Positions 50,227-59,764 of a DNA stretch of 64,000 bases are shown piece by piece. How positions within the stretch are numbered: the first letter of the stretch is position 1; every line of letters begins with the position of its first letter. Location: contig JAQTPW010000004.1 of assembly GCA_028712565.1 (NCBI GenBank), positions 838-64,837 on the forward strand, given 5' to 3'. This DNA is from Minisyncoccota bacterium. GTDB taxonomy: Bacteria; Patescibacteriota; Minisyncoccia; Minisyncoccales; JAQTPW01. The notes beneath the pieces were generated by a model. That model saw nothing but the letters and a program-made list of their open reading frames with translations, was not told the origin of the DNA and made no database searches. The position numbers and the translations under genes were made by a program.

Positions 50227-51177
50227 ATGATAAAAGTTGAAAATAAATACATAATTGGCGTTGATGGCGGAGGAACAAAAACGGTAGCAGCTATTAGCGA
50301 TCTTGAAGGGAAAATTCTAAAGACGAAAAGTTCTGGCCCTTCGAATCCTCACAATGTTGGCATTAAAAATTCAGCTAATAATATTTTTAATGCAATCAAC
50401 GATTGGGTTAAGAAAAGAGTAATTTTATCTATTTTTATTGGTTTGGCCGGAGTTGAAGAAGATGAGAAAATTGGCAAATTGGTGAAAAAAGAAATTTTAA
50501 AGAAAATTAAAAATTTTAAAGGCAAGTTAATTGTTGGGAGCGATCAAATTGTGGCTTTTTCTGCAGGAAGCAACAAAGAAGATGGAATAATATTAATTGC
50601 CGGAACAGGCTGTGTAGCTCATGGGTGGAAAGGAAATAAAGAGGTAAAAGCGAGCGGTTGGGGATGGTTAGCTGACGAGGGTTCGGCTTTTTGGGTAGGC
50701 CAGAAAGTATTCCAGAAAGTTTTAAAAGATTCAGATGGACGGCCCTTCGACGTGGCTCAGGGTAAAGCCCAAAAAACCTTATTAACAAAGGAAGTTTTTT
50801 CGGATTTTAAGGTAAGAAACCCAAAAGAGCTGATGGCTTTTGTATACGCAAATCCAATTCAAATTATCCCAAAACTCTCAATTATTTGCGACAAGGTAAG
50901 TAAAAAAGGAGATAAGGTCTCAATAGAAATTATGCAAAAGGCAGGGAGGGAGCTGGCGGCTTCGGCGAATACGGTAATCAAAAAACTGGATTTTCGGGAG
51001 GAAAAATTTCCTTTAATTTTAGCAGGAGGAATGTTCAAATCAGAAATTATTTTAGATACCGTAAAAAAAGAAATAAAAAAATTTGCCCCGCGAGCTGAAT
51101 TTATTCAACTGAAAGAAAAACCGGTTTTGGGCGCAGTGAAATTAGCAATTAAGGAGGTAAGGGATGAAAATAGATAA
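50227..51177 (+). CDS. BadF/BadG/BcrA/BcrD-type ATPase (N-acetylglucosamine kinase-like)
   Basis: IIGVDGGGTKT, LIAGTGCVA, GWGWLADEGSAFW. Confidence 0.7.
   Translation: MIKVENKYIIGVDGGGTKTVAAISDLEGKILKTKSSGPSNPHNVGIKNSANNIFNAINDWVKKRVILSIFIGLAGVEEDEKIGKLVKKEILKKIKNFKGKLIVGSDQIVAFSAGSNKEDGIILIAGTGCVAHGWKGNKEVKASGWGWLADEGSAFWVGQKVFQKVLKDSDGRPFDVAQGKAQKTLLTKEVFSDFKVRNPKELMAFVYANPIQIIPKLSIICDKVSKKGDKVSIEIMQKAGRELAASANTVIKKLDFREEKFPLILAGGMFKSEIILDTVKKEIKKFAPRAEFIQLKEKPVLGAVKLAIKEVRDENR
50738..50775 (+). repeat. TTCGAC...CTCAGGG family element in-frame in the kinase gene
   Basis: GACGGCCCTTCGACGTGGCTCAGGGTAAAGCCC encodes DGRPFDVAQGKAQ. It is a GC-rich patch and resembles 40277-40299. Confidence 0.65.
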
Positions 51178-51742
51178 GGTTGGGAAAATCACTATAAATA
51201 AAATAGTTGATTTAATGAAAAAAGGAGAAGTTTTTATTTTTCCGACAGATACGGTTTATGGATTAATAGCTGACGCAACTAATAAAAAAGCAGTTGGAAA
51301 AATTTTTAAAATTAAAAAAAGAGAAAAGGGAAAATCATTACCAATTTTTGTAAAAAGCATCGAAGATGCAAGAAAAATTGCAAAAATTGATAAATACCAA
51401 GAAAAACTTTTAAAAAAATTCTGGCCGGGAAAAATAACGACAGTGCTTTTCCGCAAAAAGACGAAAGTAAAATTATACGGGGTTGATAAAAAAACAATTG
51501 CTTTAAGGATTCCAAAATATAAATTAATTAATGACTTGCAAAATAAAATAGATTTCCCGCTTACTGGAACCTCAGCTAATATTTCTGGAAAACCTGCATC
51601 TATAAAAATTGACGAAGTGATTCAACAATTTAAAAGCCAAAAAACAAAGCCAGACTTTATAATTAATGCGGGCAATCTAAAACCCTCAAAATCTTCGCGA
51701 GTGTTTGATTTAACCGGAAAAAAGCTTAAAATATTAAGATAA
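51164..51742 (+). CDS. tsaC: L-threonylcarbamoyladenylate synthase (YrdC/TsaC domain)
   Basis: VFIFPTDTVYGLIADATNKKAVGKIFKIKKREKGKSLPIFV, LTGTSANISG. Confidence 0.8.
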   Translation: MKIDKVGKITINKIVDLMKKGEVFIFPTDTVYGLIADATNKKAVGKIFKIKKREKGKSLPIFVKSIEDARKIAKIDKYQEKLLKKFWPGKITTVLFRKKTKVKLYGVDKKTIALRIPKYKLINDLQNKIDFPLTGTSANISGKPASIKIDEVIQQFKSQKTKPDFIINAGNLKPSKSSRVFDLTGKKLKILR

Positions 51743-51758
51743 TACTAATTTAAAAAAT

Positions 51759-53090
51759 ATGAACTTAGAACAAACCGATCCAAAAATTTATGAATTAATT
51801 GAGGCCGAAAAACAGAGGCGTAGAGATGGATTGGAAATGATTCCTTCGGAAAATCACACTTCGCCTTCTGTTCTTGAGGCATTGGGTTCGATACTTACTG
51901 ATAAATATTCCGAAGGCTATCCGGGAAAAAGATATTACGGCGGAAACCAAGTTATAGACCGGATTGAAAATTTGGCAATTGAGCGGGCAAAACAGGCCTT
52001 TGGAGTGCCTTTTGCAAATGTTCAGCCATATTCTGGAAGTCCGGCAAATTTTGCCGTTTATCTTGCGGTCTGCAATTTCGGAGATACAATTATGGGCCAA
52101 AATCTTCCCGACGGAGGCCATATCAGCCACGGCTGGAAAGTGAATATTACTTCCAAAATTTTTAAAAGCGTTTCTTATCATGTAAAATCCGATGGCTACA
52201 TTGATTTGGAAGAAGTTAGAAATCTCGCAGTTGAAAACAAGCCAAAATTAATTTGGTGCGGAGCCACGGCTTATGTTAGAGAATTCCCCTTTGAAGAAAT
52301 TTCAAAAATAGCTGATGAGGTTGGAGCTTATTTTGTAGCAGATATCGCTCATATTGCGGGTCTAGTTATAGCCGGCGCTCATAAAAGCCCAGCACCTTTT
52401 GTTCATATTATTACAACAACTACTCATAAAACCTTAAGGGGGCCACGAGGGGGGTTGATAATGGTGACTGAAAAAGGATTAAAAAAAGATGCAGAGCTTG
52501 GAGAAAAAATAAATAAAGCTGTTTTCCCGGGAGGAGTTCAGGGAGGGCCGCATAACCATCAGACAGCCGCGATTGCTGTTGCATTGGGCGAGGCATTAAA
52601 GCCCGAATTCAAAGAATACGGAAAACAAATTGTAAAAAATTCCAAAAAGTTAGCCGAAGGATTAATGGAAAGAGGAGTAAAGCTTGTTTCCAACGGCACG
52701 GATAATCATATGGTGGTCGTAGATTTGACTCCCGACGGCCCGGGCAGAGGAGTGTTTTTACAGGATGCCTTGGATATGGCAGGAATTACAGTGAATAAAA
52801 ATACGATACCGGCTGACCCGTCAACGCCATTTTATCCGAGCGGAGTTCGCATAGGCACTCCCGCAATCACCACAAGAGGAATGAAAGAAAAAGAAATGGA
52901 ACTAATTTCTGACTGGATAGCAAGAGTTGCAGATTTAATAAAAAATTACAAACTGCCGGGAACCAAGGAAGAAAGGATAGAATATCTGAAAAGGTTTAAA
53001 AGCGAAATAGAAAATAACGACCAAATAAAAAAAATAAAGTCAGAAATCTCGGAATTTGGCAAAAATTTTCCGATTCCAGCCATAAATTAA
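51759..53090 (+). CDS. glyA: serine hydroxymethyltransferase
   Basis: LEMIPSENHTSPSV, GYPGKRYYGG, TTTTHKTLRGPRGG (PLP lysine). Confidence 0.95.
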   Translation: MNLEQTDPKIYELIEAEKQRRRDGLEMIPSENHTSPSVLEALGSILTDKYSEGYPGKRYYGGNQVIDRIENLAIERAKQAFGVPFANVQPYSGSPANFAVYLAVCNFGDTIMGQNLPDGGHISHGWKVNITSKIFKSVSYHVKSDGYIDLEEVRNLAVENKPKLIWCGATAYVREFPFEEISKIADEVGAYFVADIAHIAGLVIAGAHKSPAPFVHIITTTTHKTLRGPRGGLIMVTEKGLKKDAELGEKINKAVFPGGVQGGPHNHQTAAIAVALGEALKPEFKEYGKQIVKNSKKLAEGLMERGVKLVSNGTDNHMVVVDLTPDGPGRGVFLQDALDMAGITVNKNTIPADPSTPFYPSGVRIGTPAITTRGMKEKEMELISDWIARVADLIKNYKLPGTKEERIEYLKRFKSEIENNDQIKKIKSEISEFGKNFPIPAIN

Positions 53091-53921
53091 ATGAAGCTTT
53101 TAGACGGAAAAAAATTATCAGAAAAAATATTGGCGGATTTAAAGGGAGAAATTAAAAAAAATAACCTAAAATTGGCTTTGGCAGTAGTTTTGGTCGGGAA
53201 TAATTCCATTTCTAAAATTTACATTAAACAAAAAGAAAATGCCTGTAAAAAAATTGGAGCCGGCTTTAGATTGTTTAAATTTTCGGAAAATATAAAAGCA
53301 AATGAATTAAAAAAAGGAATTGAACAGATTGTTCAGGATCCCGATAATTCCGGAATAATAATTCAATTGCCTTTGCCTAAAAACATAATTAATACTCAGG
53401 AAATCTTGGACATTATCCCTGCCGAAAAAGATGTTGATGTTTTATCGGAAAAAAGTTTGGGAAAACTTTATACCGGAGAACTAAAAATTTTGCCCCCGGT
53501 TGTTTGCGGAATTTCCCACTTTTTTGACATCAATAATATCAATATAAAAGGAAAAAATATCCTTTTGGTTGGGACTGGAAAATTGGTCGGAAAACCTTTG
53601 ATGCTTTGGTTTTTACGGAAAGAAGCTGCGGTTTCTGTGGTTAATAAATTCACAAAAGATATTTCTGTTTTTGCCAAAAATGCAGATGTTATTATTTCTG
53701 GGGCTGGCGTTCCCAAGTTAATAAAAGGAAGCATGGTAAAGCAGGGGCTCGTGGCAATTGACGCAGGTACCGTAATAGAAAAAGGGAAATTGGCAGGAGA
53801 TATTGATTTTGAATCCGTTTCAGAAAAAGCAAGCTACATTACGCCTCTTCCGGGAGGGGTTGGGCCCATGACAGTTGCTTGTTTATTAGAAAATTTAGTT
53901 AAATTAAACCAGAAAAAATGA
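53091..53921 (+). CDS. folD: bifunctional methylenetetrahydrofolate dehydrogenase/cyclohydrolase
   Basis: LLDGKKLSEKI, VVLVGNNSISKIYIKQK, GIIIQLPLP, PGGVGPMTVACLLEN. Confidence 0.9.
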   Translation: MKLLDGKKLSEKILADLKGEIKKNNLKLALAVVLVGNNSISKIYIKQKENACKKIGAGFRLFKFSENIKANELKKGIEQIVQDPDNSGIIIQLPLPKNIINTQEILDIIPAEKDVDVLSEKSLGKLYTGELKILPPVVCGISHFFDINNINIKGKNILLVGTGKLVGKPLMLWFLRKEAAVSVVNKFTKDISVFAKNADVIISGAGVPKLIKGSMVKQGLVAIDAGTVIEKGKLAGDIDFESVSEKASYITPLPGGVGPMTVACLLENLVKLNQKK

Positions 53922-54433
53922 ATTTTGATCAAAACTTATTTCATTTTATTAATCAATTTGCCGGAAAAAATATTTGTTTAGATTCCGCTGCAATTTTTTT
54001 TGCCGAATATTTCCAATACGTTGTTGTTTTTCTCTTTTCATTATTTTTAATTTTTCGGCCAAGGAAAAATTTTAAAATGGTATTTTCTGCAATTTTGGCA
54101 GCATTTTTTGCCAGGTTTGTATTTACGGATTTAATTCGTTATCTTTTTCCAAGGATGCGGCCTTTTGTTGAAAATAATATTAACTTGCTCCTTCCTCATA
54201 ATCCGAATGAGTCCTCTTTCCCGTCGGGCCATGCCGCTTTCTTTTTCGGCTTATCTGCTGTTGTTTTTTATTACAATAAAAAGGCTGGCGCCGCTTTCTT
54301 TTTCGCCAGCTTTTTAATTTCTATCTCCAGAGTTTTTATTGGCATTCATTGGCCATTGGATATTTTATCCGGGTTTGCGGTTGGGCTTCTATCTGCTTCG
54401 CTTATTTTAGAATTTACAAAAAAATTTTCCTGA
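53918..54433 (+). CDS. PAP2-family phosphatase (undecaprenyl-diphosphatase-like)
   Basis: FPSGHAAFFF and SRVFIGIHWPLD motifs, about 5 TM helices. Confidence 0.75.
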   Translation: MNFDQNLFHFINQFAGKNICLDSAAIFFAEYFQYVVVFLFSLFLIFRPRKNFKMVFSAILAAFFARFVFTDLIRYLFPRMRPFVENNINLLLPHNPNESSFPSGHAAFFFGLSAVVFYYNKKAGAAFFFASFLISISRVFIGIHWPLDILSGFAVGLLSASLILEFTKKFS

Positions 54434-54450
54434 AAAATATTTAAACTAGA

Positions 54451-54480
54451 AAAAAGTTCCGCTACCGCGGAACTTTTTTT
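54451..54480. terminator. bidirectional rho-independent terminator
   Basis: AAAAA-GTTCCGC-TACC-GCGGAAC-TTTTTTT between convergent genes. It overlaps the minus-strand stop codon. Confidence 0.75.
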
Positions 54481-55022
54481 AGTTTATACTCCTTTCCTTT
54501 TTGTTCCAAACTATAAACTGCATCTTGTGAAACCTCAATCTTTTTTGATTTAAAATCTGTTTGGCAATAATTTATTAATATCGTCCTTGCCGGTCCTCCA
54601 TGCGTGACTAATAAAATTTTCTTAAATTTTTTGGTAAAAAAAGATTGGATAAATGAAATTACGCGCTTTCTTAATTGGTTTAAACTTTCTCCGCCCGGCG
54701 CTTTTTCATTTAGATTAGATAGGTCGATTTTCTCTTTAATTTTTTCATATACCTTGCCATTAAATTTTCCAAAATCTCTTTCGCGCAATTTTTTGGTAAA
54801 AACTATTTTTACTTCAAGCCATTGGTTTATAATTTCAGCGGTTTTGGCGCATCTGCCCAAATCGCTGGAATAAATAATCTCAACCCCTTTTTTATTCAAG
54901 AGTTTTGCTTTTTTCTCTGCTGACTTTATTCCTTTTTGAGTTAACGAAGAATCCTTATGGCCCTGAATAATTCCTTTTTTATTCCAAATCGTTTGCCCGT
55001 GGCAGGTAAAATAAATAATCAT
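54462..55022 (-). CDS. histidine phosphatase family protein (PGAM-like) with CHG in place of RHG
   Basis: IIYFTCHGQT, SSDLGRCAKTAE, RERDFG, LLVTHGG. Confidence 0.7.
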   Translation of the reverse strand: MIIYFTCHGQTIWNKKGIIQGHKDSSLTQKGIKSAEKKAKLLNKKGVEIIYSSDLGRCAKTAEIINQWLEVKIVFTKKLRERDFGKFNGKVYEKIKEKIDLSNLNEKAPGGESLNQLRKRVISFIQSFFTKKFKKILLVTHGGPARTILINYCQTDFKSKKIEVSQDAVYSLEQKGKEYKLKKVPR

Positions 55023-55400
55023 TTACTTAAAAACTAGATTTTTCTTAATTTTTTTAGCAAGAGAAAAATTTGTTAAGATCTGCGGTTTATTTTCAAAAAG
55101 ATCAAAGCCCTCTTCTTTATAACGGGGAATTAAATGCCAGTGGACATGATTCAATTCGTCCATATAAACTAAATAAACTTTTTTTATTTTTAGAGTTTTT
55201 AAAATAGCATTCCTTGTGGCAAATACGGTATCCATTAAATAATCGTAATCTCTGTCGGGAAGCAGGCCCAAATCAGGAACTTCTTTTTTCCAGACAATAA
55301 CTGTATGGCCTTTTGTAATTGAATCGTTTGCTAAACAAACATACAGATGTTCGTCATCATAAATAATTGATTCTTTTTTGGGCCTTGGGAGTTTGCTCAT
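55023..55400 (-). CDS. HIT-family nucleotide hydrolase/transferase
   Basis: Histidine triad NHVHWHLIPR. The stop abuts the start of the phosphatase gene. Confidence 0.8.
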   Translation of the reverse strand: MSKLPRPKKESIIYDDEHLYVCLANDSITKGHTVIVWKKEVPDLGLLPDRDYDYLMDTVFATRNAILKTLKIKKVYLVYMDELNHVHWHLIPRYKEEGFDLFENKPQILTNFSLAKKIKKNLVFK

Positions 55401-55489
55401 TGTTTTAGAATAACAAATTAAGTAGAAAATAAAAAGCGCCTTGCAGAATTCGTTTTACAAATCCACGGCGCTTTAAAAAAGAGCAATAT

Positions 55490-56503
55490 TTATTTAGATA
55501 ACATGCGTTCTGCGATAGCTCGTACGTGCTGAGCTTCTTGTTTGGGCATCTGTTTTAAGATGTCCTTCGCTTCATCAATTTTCTGAGCCCGAATGGCGTG
55601 GCGTATCAAAACGAGAAGAGCTGTGACTTTTACCTCATTCGCGTCTTTGCCTTCGCCAACGGCTCGTAAAACTTCAAAGGCATTAGGATCACCTTTGCTA
55701 TATATATCTATAGCCCGGACGAATTCCGCAGAAGTCGCTATTTCGGAAGAACCTGTCATTCTATCTGCTGCGGCAATAACCATGGCAACCCAATTCTTCA
55801 AATCGGGATTGCTCATCTGATTCAGCCAGATAGTGGTTTCAATCATATGAATCGGTCCATTGATTTGTCCCCACTGGACTTCAACCGAAGATCCTTTCGT
55901 TGCATCAACTAGTATTAAGAATCTTTTCTCCAACTCAGAGAAAATTTCTTTGGTTTCGATGCCCTTAAGTAAGGCATTCCTAAGTTGGCATAGCGTTTCC
56001 ATAAAATAAGCAATCGCTGCGCCAGTCTTGTCGCCAATGATGGTCGCTATTTCGGCTGATTTTCTTTGGGCTTCTTCTGCAAGATCAAAATGTTCATAGT
56101 TGGAATAAAAAATACCCATGTGATAATAAAACAAAGATTCAAGGCGGAGTTTTCTTGTACTGTCCGGTAAATTAGTGATAATGTTTTTCGTTTCCCTCGC
56201 AATCTGCAAGACAAATTCCTCACGTTCTGGGCTGACAGGGAGAAGCCGTTCGCCGCGAAGAATGGCAAGACATGCCAATGCTCCCATTTCAGGCAGATCG
56301 CGGACCCTCAGAGATACTCGTCGGCCAATCTCTGCGAATGTTTTGGGGTCATTAAGATCAATTGCTACAAATCGGTCAACTATTTGGAAAAGTACATCAG
56401 TCAGCCATCCTACCCATTGATTTTTTGGGTCGGGAAAGGTAGTATCGATTCTCGCCCGATCAACAATTAAATCAACCAAGATATCAATTTCAAAATCTTT
56501 CAT
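55490..56503 (-). CDS. hypothetical all-alpha (TPR-like?) protein, GC-richer than its surroundings
   Basis: GGAGGTG SD then the ATG at 56503 (MKDFEIDILVDL...). The longer ORF-track version runs through tRNA-Leu. No family recognised. Confidence 0.45.
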   Translation of the reverse strand: MKDFEIDILVDLIVDRARIDTTFPDPKNQWVGWLTDVLFQIVDRFVAIDLNDPKTFAEIGRRVSLRVRDLPEMGALACLAILRGERLLPVSPEREEFVLQIARETKNIITNLPDSTRKLRLESLFYYHMGIFYSNYEHFDLAEEAQRKSAEIATIIGDKTGAAIAYFMETLCQLRNALLKGIETKEIFSELEKRFLILVDATKGSSVEVQWGQINGPIHMIETTIWLNQMSNPDLKNWVAMVIAAADRMTGSSEIATSAEFVRAIDIYSKGDPNAFEVLRAVGEGKDANEVKVTALLVLIRHAIRAQKIDEAKDILKQMPKQEAQHVRAIAERMLSK

Positions 56504-56599
56504 TTGTTCACCTCCAAAATAGCAATAGCATAAAATATCCAGCTTGTCAAATATAAATGCAAACAAAAAAGAAACCTTATAAGGTTTCTTTTTAAACGG

Positions 56600-56682
56600 T
56601 GGGCGGGGAGGGAGTCGAACCCTCATGAGATTGCTCTCATGGCATTTTGAGTGCCACGTGTCTGCCATTCCACCACTCGCCC
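56600..56682 (-). tRNA. tRNA-Leu (anticodon CAA)
   Basis: Cloverleaf by eye: acceptor GGGCGAG/CCCGCCC (one A:C mismatch), anticodon arm TGGCA-CTCAAAA-TGCCA, long variable arm TGAGA-GCAA-TCTCA, T-arm GAGGG-TTCGACT-CCCTC. Confidence 0.8.
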
Positions 56683-56725
56683 AACTCAATTTTTGAGTTT
56701 ACCAAAATTTTGGTTGTTTTTCAAC

Positions 56726-58798
56726 CTACCCGGCACAGTCTTTTTTTGAACATTTAATCTGTTTTCTTTTTGTTTCAACCATAGGCGAGCCGCATTTTTC
56801 GCATAATTTTCCTGTCGGCTTATCCCACGCGGCAAAATCGCATTTTGGCCAATTTGTGCAGCCGTAAAATATTTTTTTTCTTTTAGTCCTTTTTGCTACA
56901 ATTTCGCCATTTTTACATTTGGGGCATTTCATTCCCAGCTTATTCTCTTTTAAGGATTCGGTATATCTGCACTTTGGAAATTTTGAACAGGCATAAAATT
57001 TTCCAAATTTCCCCAAGCGGATTAAAAGCGAAGAGCCGCATTTGGGGCATTTTTTTTCAGTCGGCTTTTCGGTAAATTCCTTCTTTGAAACTTCCTTATA
57101 TTTTTCTTCCAGATTTTTTTCAAAAGGGGTGTAAAATTCTCTGATCATCGGAACCCATTCATTTGAATCTTGGGCGATTTCATCTAATTTTTTTTCCATT
57201 TCAGCGGTAAATTTAATATCAACGATTTCCGGAAAGTTCTTAACTAACAAATCGTTTACTATAATCCCGATTTCAGTAGGCTTGAATCTTCTATTTTCAT
57301 CTTTTTCTATATAATTTCTATCTTGTATGGTTGATAAAATCGGAGCGTAAGTTGACGGCCTGCCGATTCCGTTTTCTTCAAGCGCGCGGATCAAACTTGC
57401 TTCATTATATCTTGGAGCTGGTTCGGTAAAATGCTGGGAGGAAATTAATTTTATTAATTCTAAAATTTCATCTTTTTCCAAAGAAGGCAATTCATTCTCC
57501 TCGAATTTAATCGGATAAATCTTCAAAAATCCATCAAATTTTAAAATTTGTCCCGTCGCCCGAAAAGCATATTTGTAATTTGTAATTTGTAATTTGGGAT
57601 TTCCAGCTTTGATATCTATTGCGGTAGAATCAAAAATTGCCTGGTTCATCTGGCTGGCAATAAATCTGTTCCAGATCAAGCTATAAAGCTTGAATTGGTT
57701 ATTGTCGAGCTCTGCAGTTTTTAAATTTTCAGGATTTCTGTCGGCATAGGTTGGCCTGATTGCTTCGTGCGCTTCCTGGGCGCCTTTTGATTTTGTTTTA
57801 TATCTTCTCAAATATCCTGCCCAATAATTTTCTCCATAATTTTCGATAATAAATTTTTTTGCGGCGAATAAAGACAAGTCGGAAAGATTAAGAGAATCCG
57901 TTCTATGGTAGGTGATGAAACCTCTTTCGTATAATTTTTGGGCAATCTGCATTGTAAATCTTGCGGGAAAATGAAATTTTTGCCAGGCGCTTTGCTGCAA
58001 AGTGGAAGTTGTAAAGGGCGGCAGGGGATTCCTTTTTTCCTCTTTTTTATCAACATTTACTACTTTATATTCGGCACCATCTAAATCTTTTATAATTTTA
58101 TCCGCCTCTTTTTTGTTTTTAATTTCCAGTTTTTCAAGCGTTTTATCATTTATCCTAATTAAGGTTGCGTCAAATTCGTTATTTTTGATTTTTGATTTTT
58201 GAGTTTTGAGTTTCGCAATTATCTGCCAATATTCCTGCGGCACAAATTTTTCTCTTTCTCTTTCCCTTTCCACCACCAATCTTACGGCAACTGATTGGAC
58301 TCTTCCTGCGGACAAACCCCGGGCGATTTTTTTCCATAAAAAAGGAGATAATTTATATCCGACAAGCCGATCTAAAATCCTTCTTGCCTGCTGGGAGTCA
58401 ACTAAATTTATATCAATTTGCCTCGGGTTTTTTAACGCTTCTTCAATGGCGGGCTTGGTAATTTCGTGGAAAACAATTCTTTCATAGGGTTCTTTGTCGC
58501 CGCCGAGCTTTAGCGCCTGCACCAGATGCCAAGCTATTGCTTCTCCTTCCCGGTCTTCATCGGTTGCTATAATCGCGGAGTCGGTTTCTTTTACGGCATC
58601 GGAAAGAAATTTTACAGTTTTTCTGGCTTTGGTCGGAATTATATATCTTGGCTCAAAATTTTTTTCAACATCAATTCCCAATTCGCTTTTTGGCAAATCT
58701 CTGACGTGGCCATAAGAAGCCAAGACCTTATATCCAGGCCCTAAAAATTTTTGTATTGTATTTGCCTTAGCCGGGCTTTCAACTATGATTAGTTGCAT
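56726..58798 (-). CDS. topA: DNA topoisomerase I
   Basis: Toprim start LIIVESPAKA, ATDEDREGEAIAWH, YITYHRTDS active-site Tyr, and C-terminal CPKCG zinc ribbons. Confidence 0.9.
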   Translation of the reverse strand: MQLIIVESPAKANTIQKFLGPGYKVLASYGHVRDLPKSELGIDVEKNFEPRYIIPTKARKTVKFLSDAVKETDSAIIATDEDREGEAIAWHLVQALKLGGDKEPYERIVFHEITKPAIEEALKNPRQIDINLVDSQQARRILDRLVGYKLSPFLWKKIARGLSAGRVQSVAVRLVVEREREREKFVPQEYWQIIAKLKTQKSKIKNNEFDATLIRINDKTLEKLEIKNKKEADKIIKDLDGAEYKVVNVDKKEEKRNPLPPFTTSTLQQSAWQKFHFPARFTMQIAQKLYERGFITYHRTDSLNLSDLSLFAAKKFIIENYGENYWAGYLRRYKTKSKGAQEAHEAIRPTYADRNPENLKTAELDNNQFKLYSLIWNRFIASQMNQAIFDSTAIDIKAGNPKLQITNYKYAFRATGQILKFDGFLKIYPIKFEENELPSLEKDEILELIKLISSQHFTEPAPRYNEASLIRALEENGIGRPSTYAPILSTIQDRNYIEKDENRRFKPTEIGIIVNDLLVKNFPEIVDIKFTAEMEKKLDEIAQDSNEWVPMIREFYTPFEKNLEEKYKEVSKKEFTEKPTEKKCPKCGSSLLIRLGKFGKFYACSKFPKCRYTESLKENKLGMKCPKCKNGEIVAKRTKRKKIFYGCTNWPKCDFAAWDKPTGKLCEKCGSPMVETKRKQIKCSKKDCAG

Positions 58799-59657
58799 AA
58801 GAATTTCCTCCTAAGTTTCGTATGATACCTTTTATTTCTAAAATAGCAACAGTGCTTGCCACTGTTGCCGCAGGAAGTTTTGTTTTTTCAATAATTTTTT
58901 CAATATCTAAATTCCCTTCTTTTAAAACATCTAAAATTAAATTTTCTTCCGAAGTTTCGCCTAAAATCTTTTGTCCCGCACCCGATGAATGAGTTTTTAT
59001 TTTTAGTTCTTTCAAAATATCTTCTGCATTTCCGGCGAGCTTTGCAAATCCTTTCTTGATCAGCCAATTCGGCCCCCAAGAATTTGGAGAATGGACAGAT
59101 CCTGGAACTGCAAATAATTTTTTACCTTGTTTTCTGGCAAAATCCGCAGTGATTAAAGAGCCAGATTTTTCTTTAGCTTCTATAACTAAAACTCCCAAAG
59201 ACATTCCTGAAACTATTCTGTTTCTATGCGGGAAAGTTAATTTTGATCCATGAGTTCCAGCGGGGTATTCGGAAAGTAGTGCGCCTCCTGTTTCTAAAAT
59301 ATTTTTTGCAAGTTCTAAATTTGTTTGCGGGTATATTGTTTTTTCATCAAGCCCTGTTCCTAAAACCGCAATAGTCCTTTTATTTCTTTCTACGGCTGTC
59401 GTATGCGAGAAAGTATCAATTCCCGGAGCCAAACCAGAAACAATTGTTAATCCTGCTTCTGATAAATCTCCAGAGATTTCTAAAGCAATTTGTTTTCCGT
59501 AATCAGAGCACCTTCTTGTCCCGACAATCGCAAAACAATTTTCTTTTTCTTTTAATTCTCCCCGATAATATAAAACTTCAGGCGCGTCTTTTATTTCTTT
59601 TAAAATTTTCGGATAACTTTTATCTCTAATAGAGATTGACTTTATTTCATCTGTCAT
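58779..59657 (-). CDS. dprA: DNA-processing protein DprA (Smf)
   Basis: AIVGTRRCSDYG, SGLAPGIDTFSHTTAV, EAKEKSGSLITA, C-terminal wHTH. Confidence 0.85.
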   Translation of the reverse strand: MTDEIKSISIRDKSYPKILKEIKDAPEVLYYRGELKEKENCFAIVGTRRCSDYGKQIALEISGDLSEAGLTIVSGLAPGIDTFSHTTAVERNKRTIAVLGTGLDEKTIYPQTNLELAKNILETGGALLSEYPAGTHGSKLTFPHRNRIVSGMSLGVLVIEAKEKSGSLITADFARKQGKKLFAVPGSVHSPNSWGPNWLIKKGFAKLAGNAEDILKELKIKTHSSGAGQKILGETSEENLILDVLKEGNLDIEKIIEKTKLPAATVASTVAILEIKGIIRNLGGNSYATNHS

Positions 59658-59764
59658 TTTTATAAGTATAGCATCATTGTTTAAAATAAAAAAAAGTGCT
59701 AAATTATCTAATTGAAAATCTTAATTGCTAAATGCTATATTCTAAGTTCTGAGTTCTAAATTCT

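Noticed and set aside
56504-56689. N-terminal 62 codons of the 399-aa ORF in the track
   Set aside because: The extension is read straight through tRNA-Leu(CAA) and its terminator. A strong GGAGGTG SD precedes the internal ATG at 56503, which is taken as the start.
55401-56725. Prophage or integrative element at tRNA-Leu
   Set aside because: There is no integrase, no phage genes and no recognisable duplicated tRNA 3' segment. Only a single orphan gene is present, and it is reported as a low-confidence islet instead.
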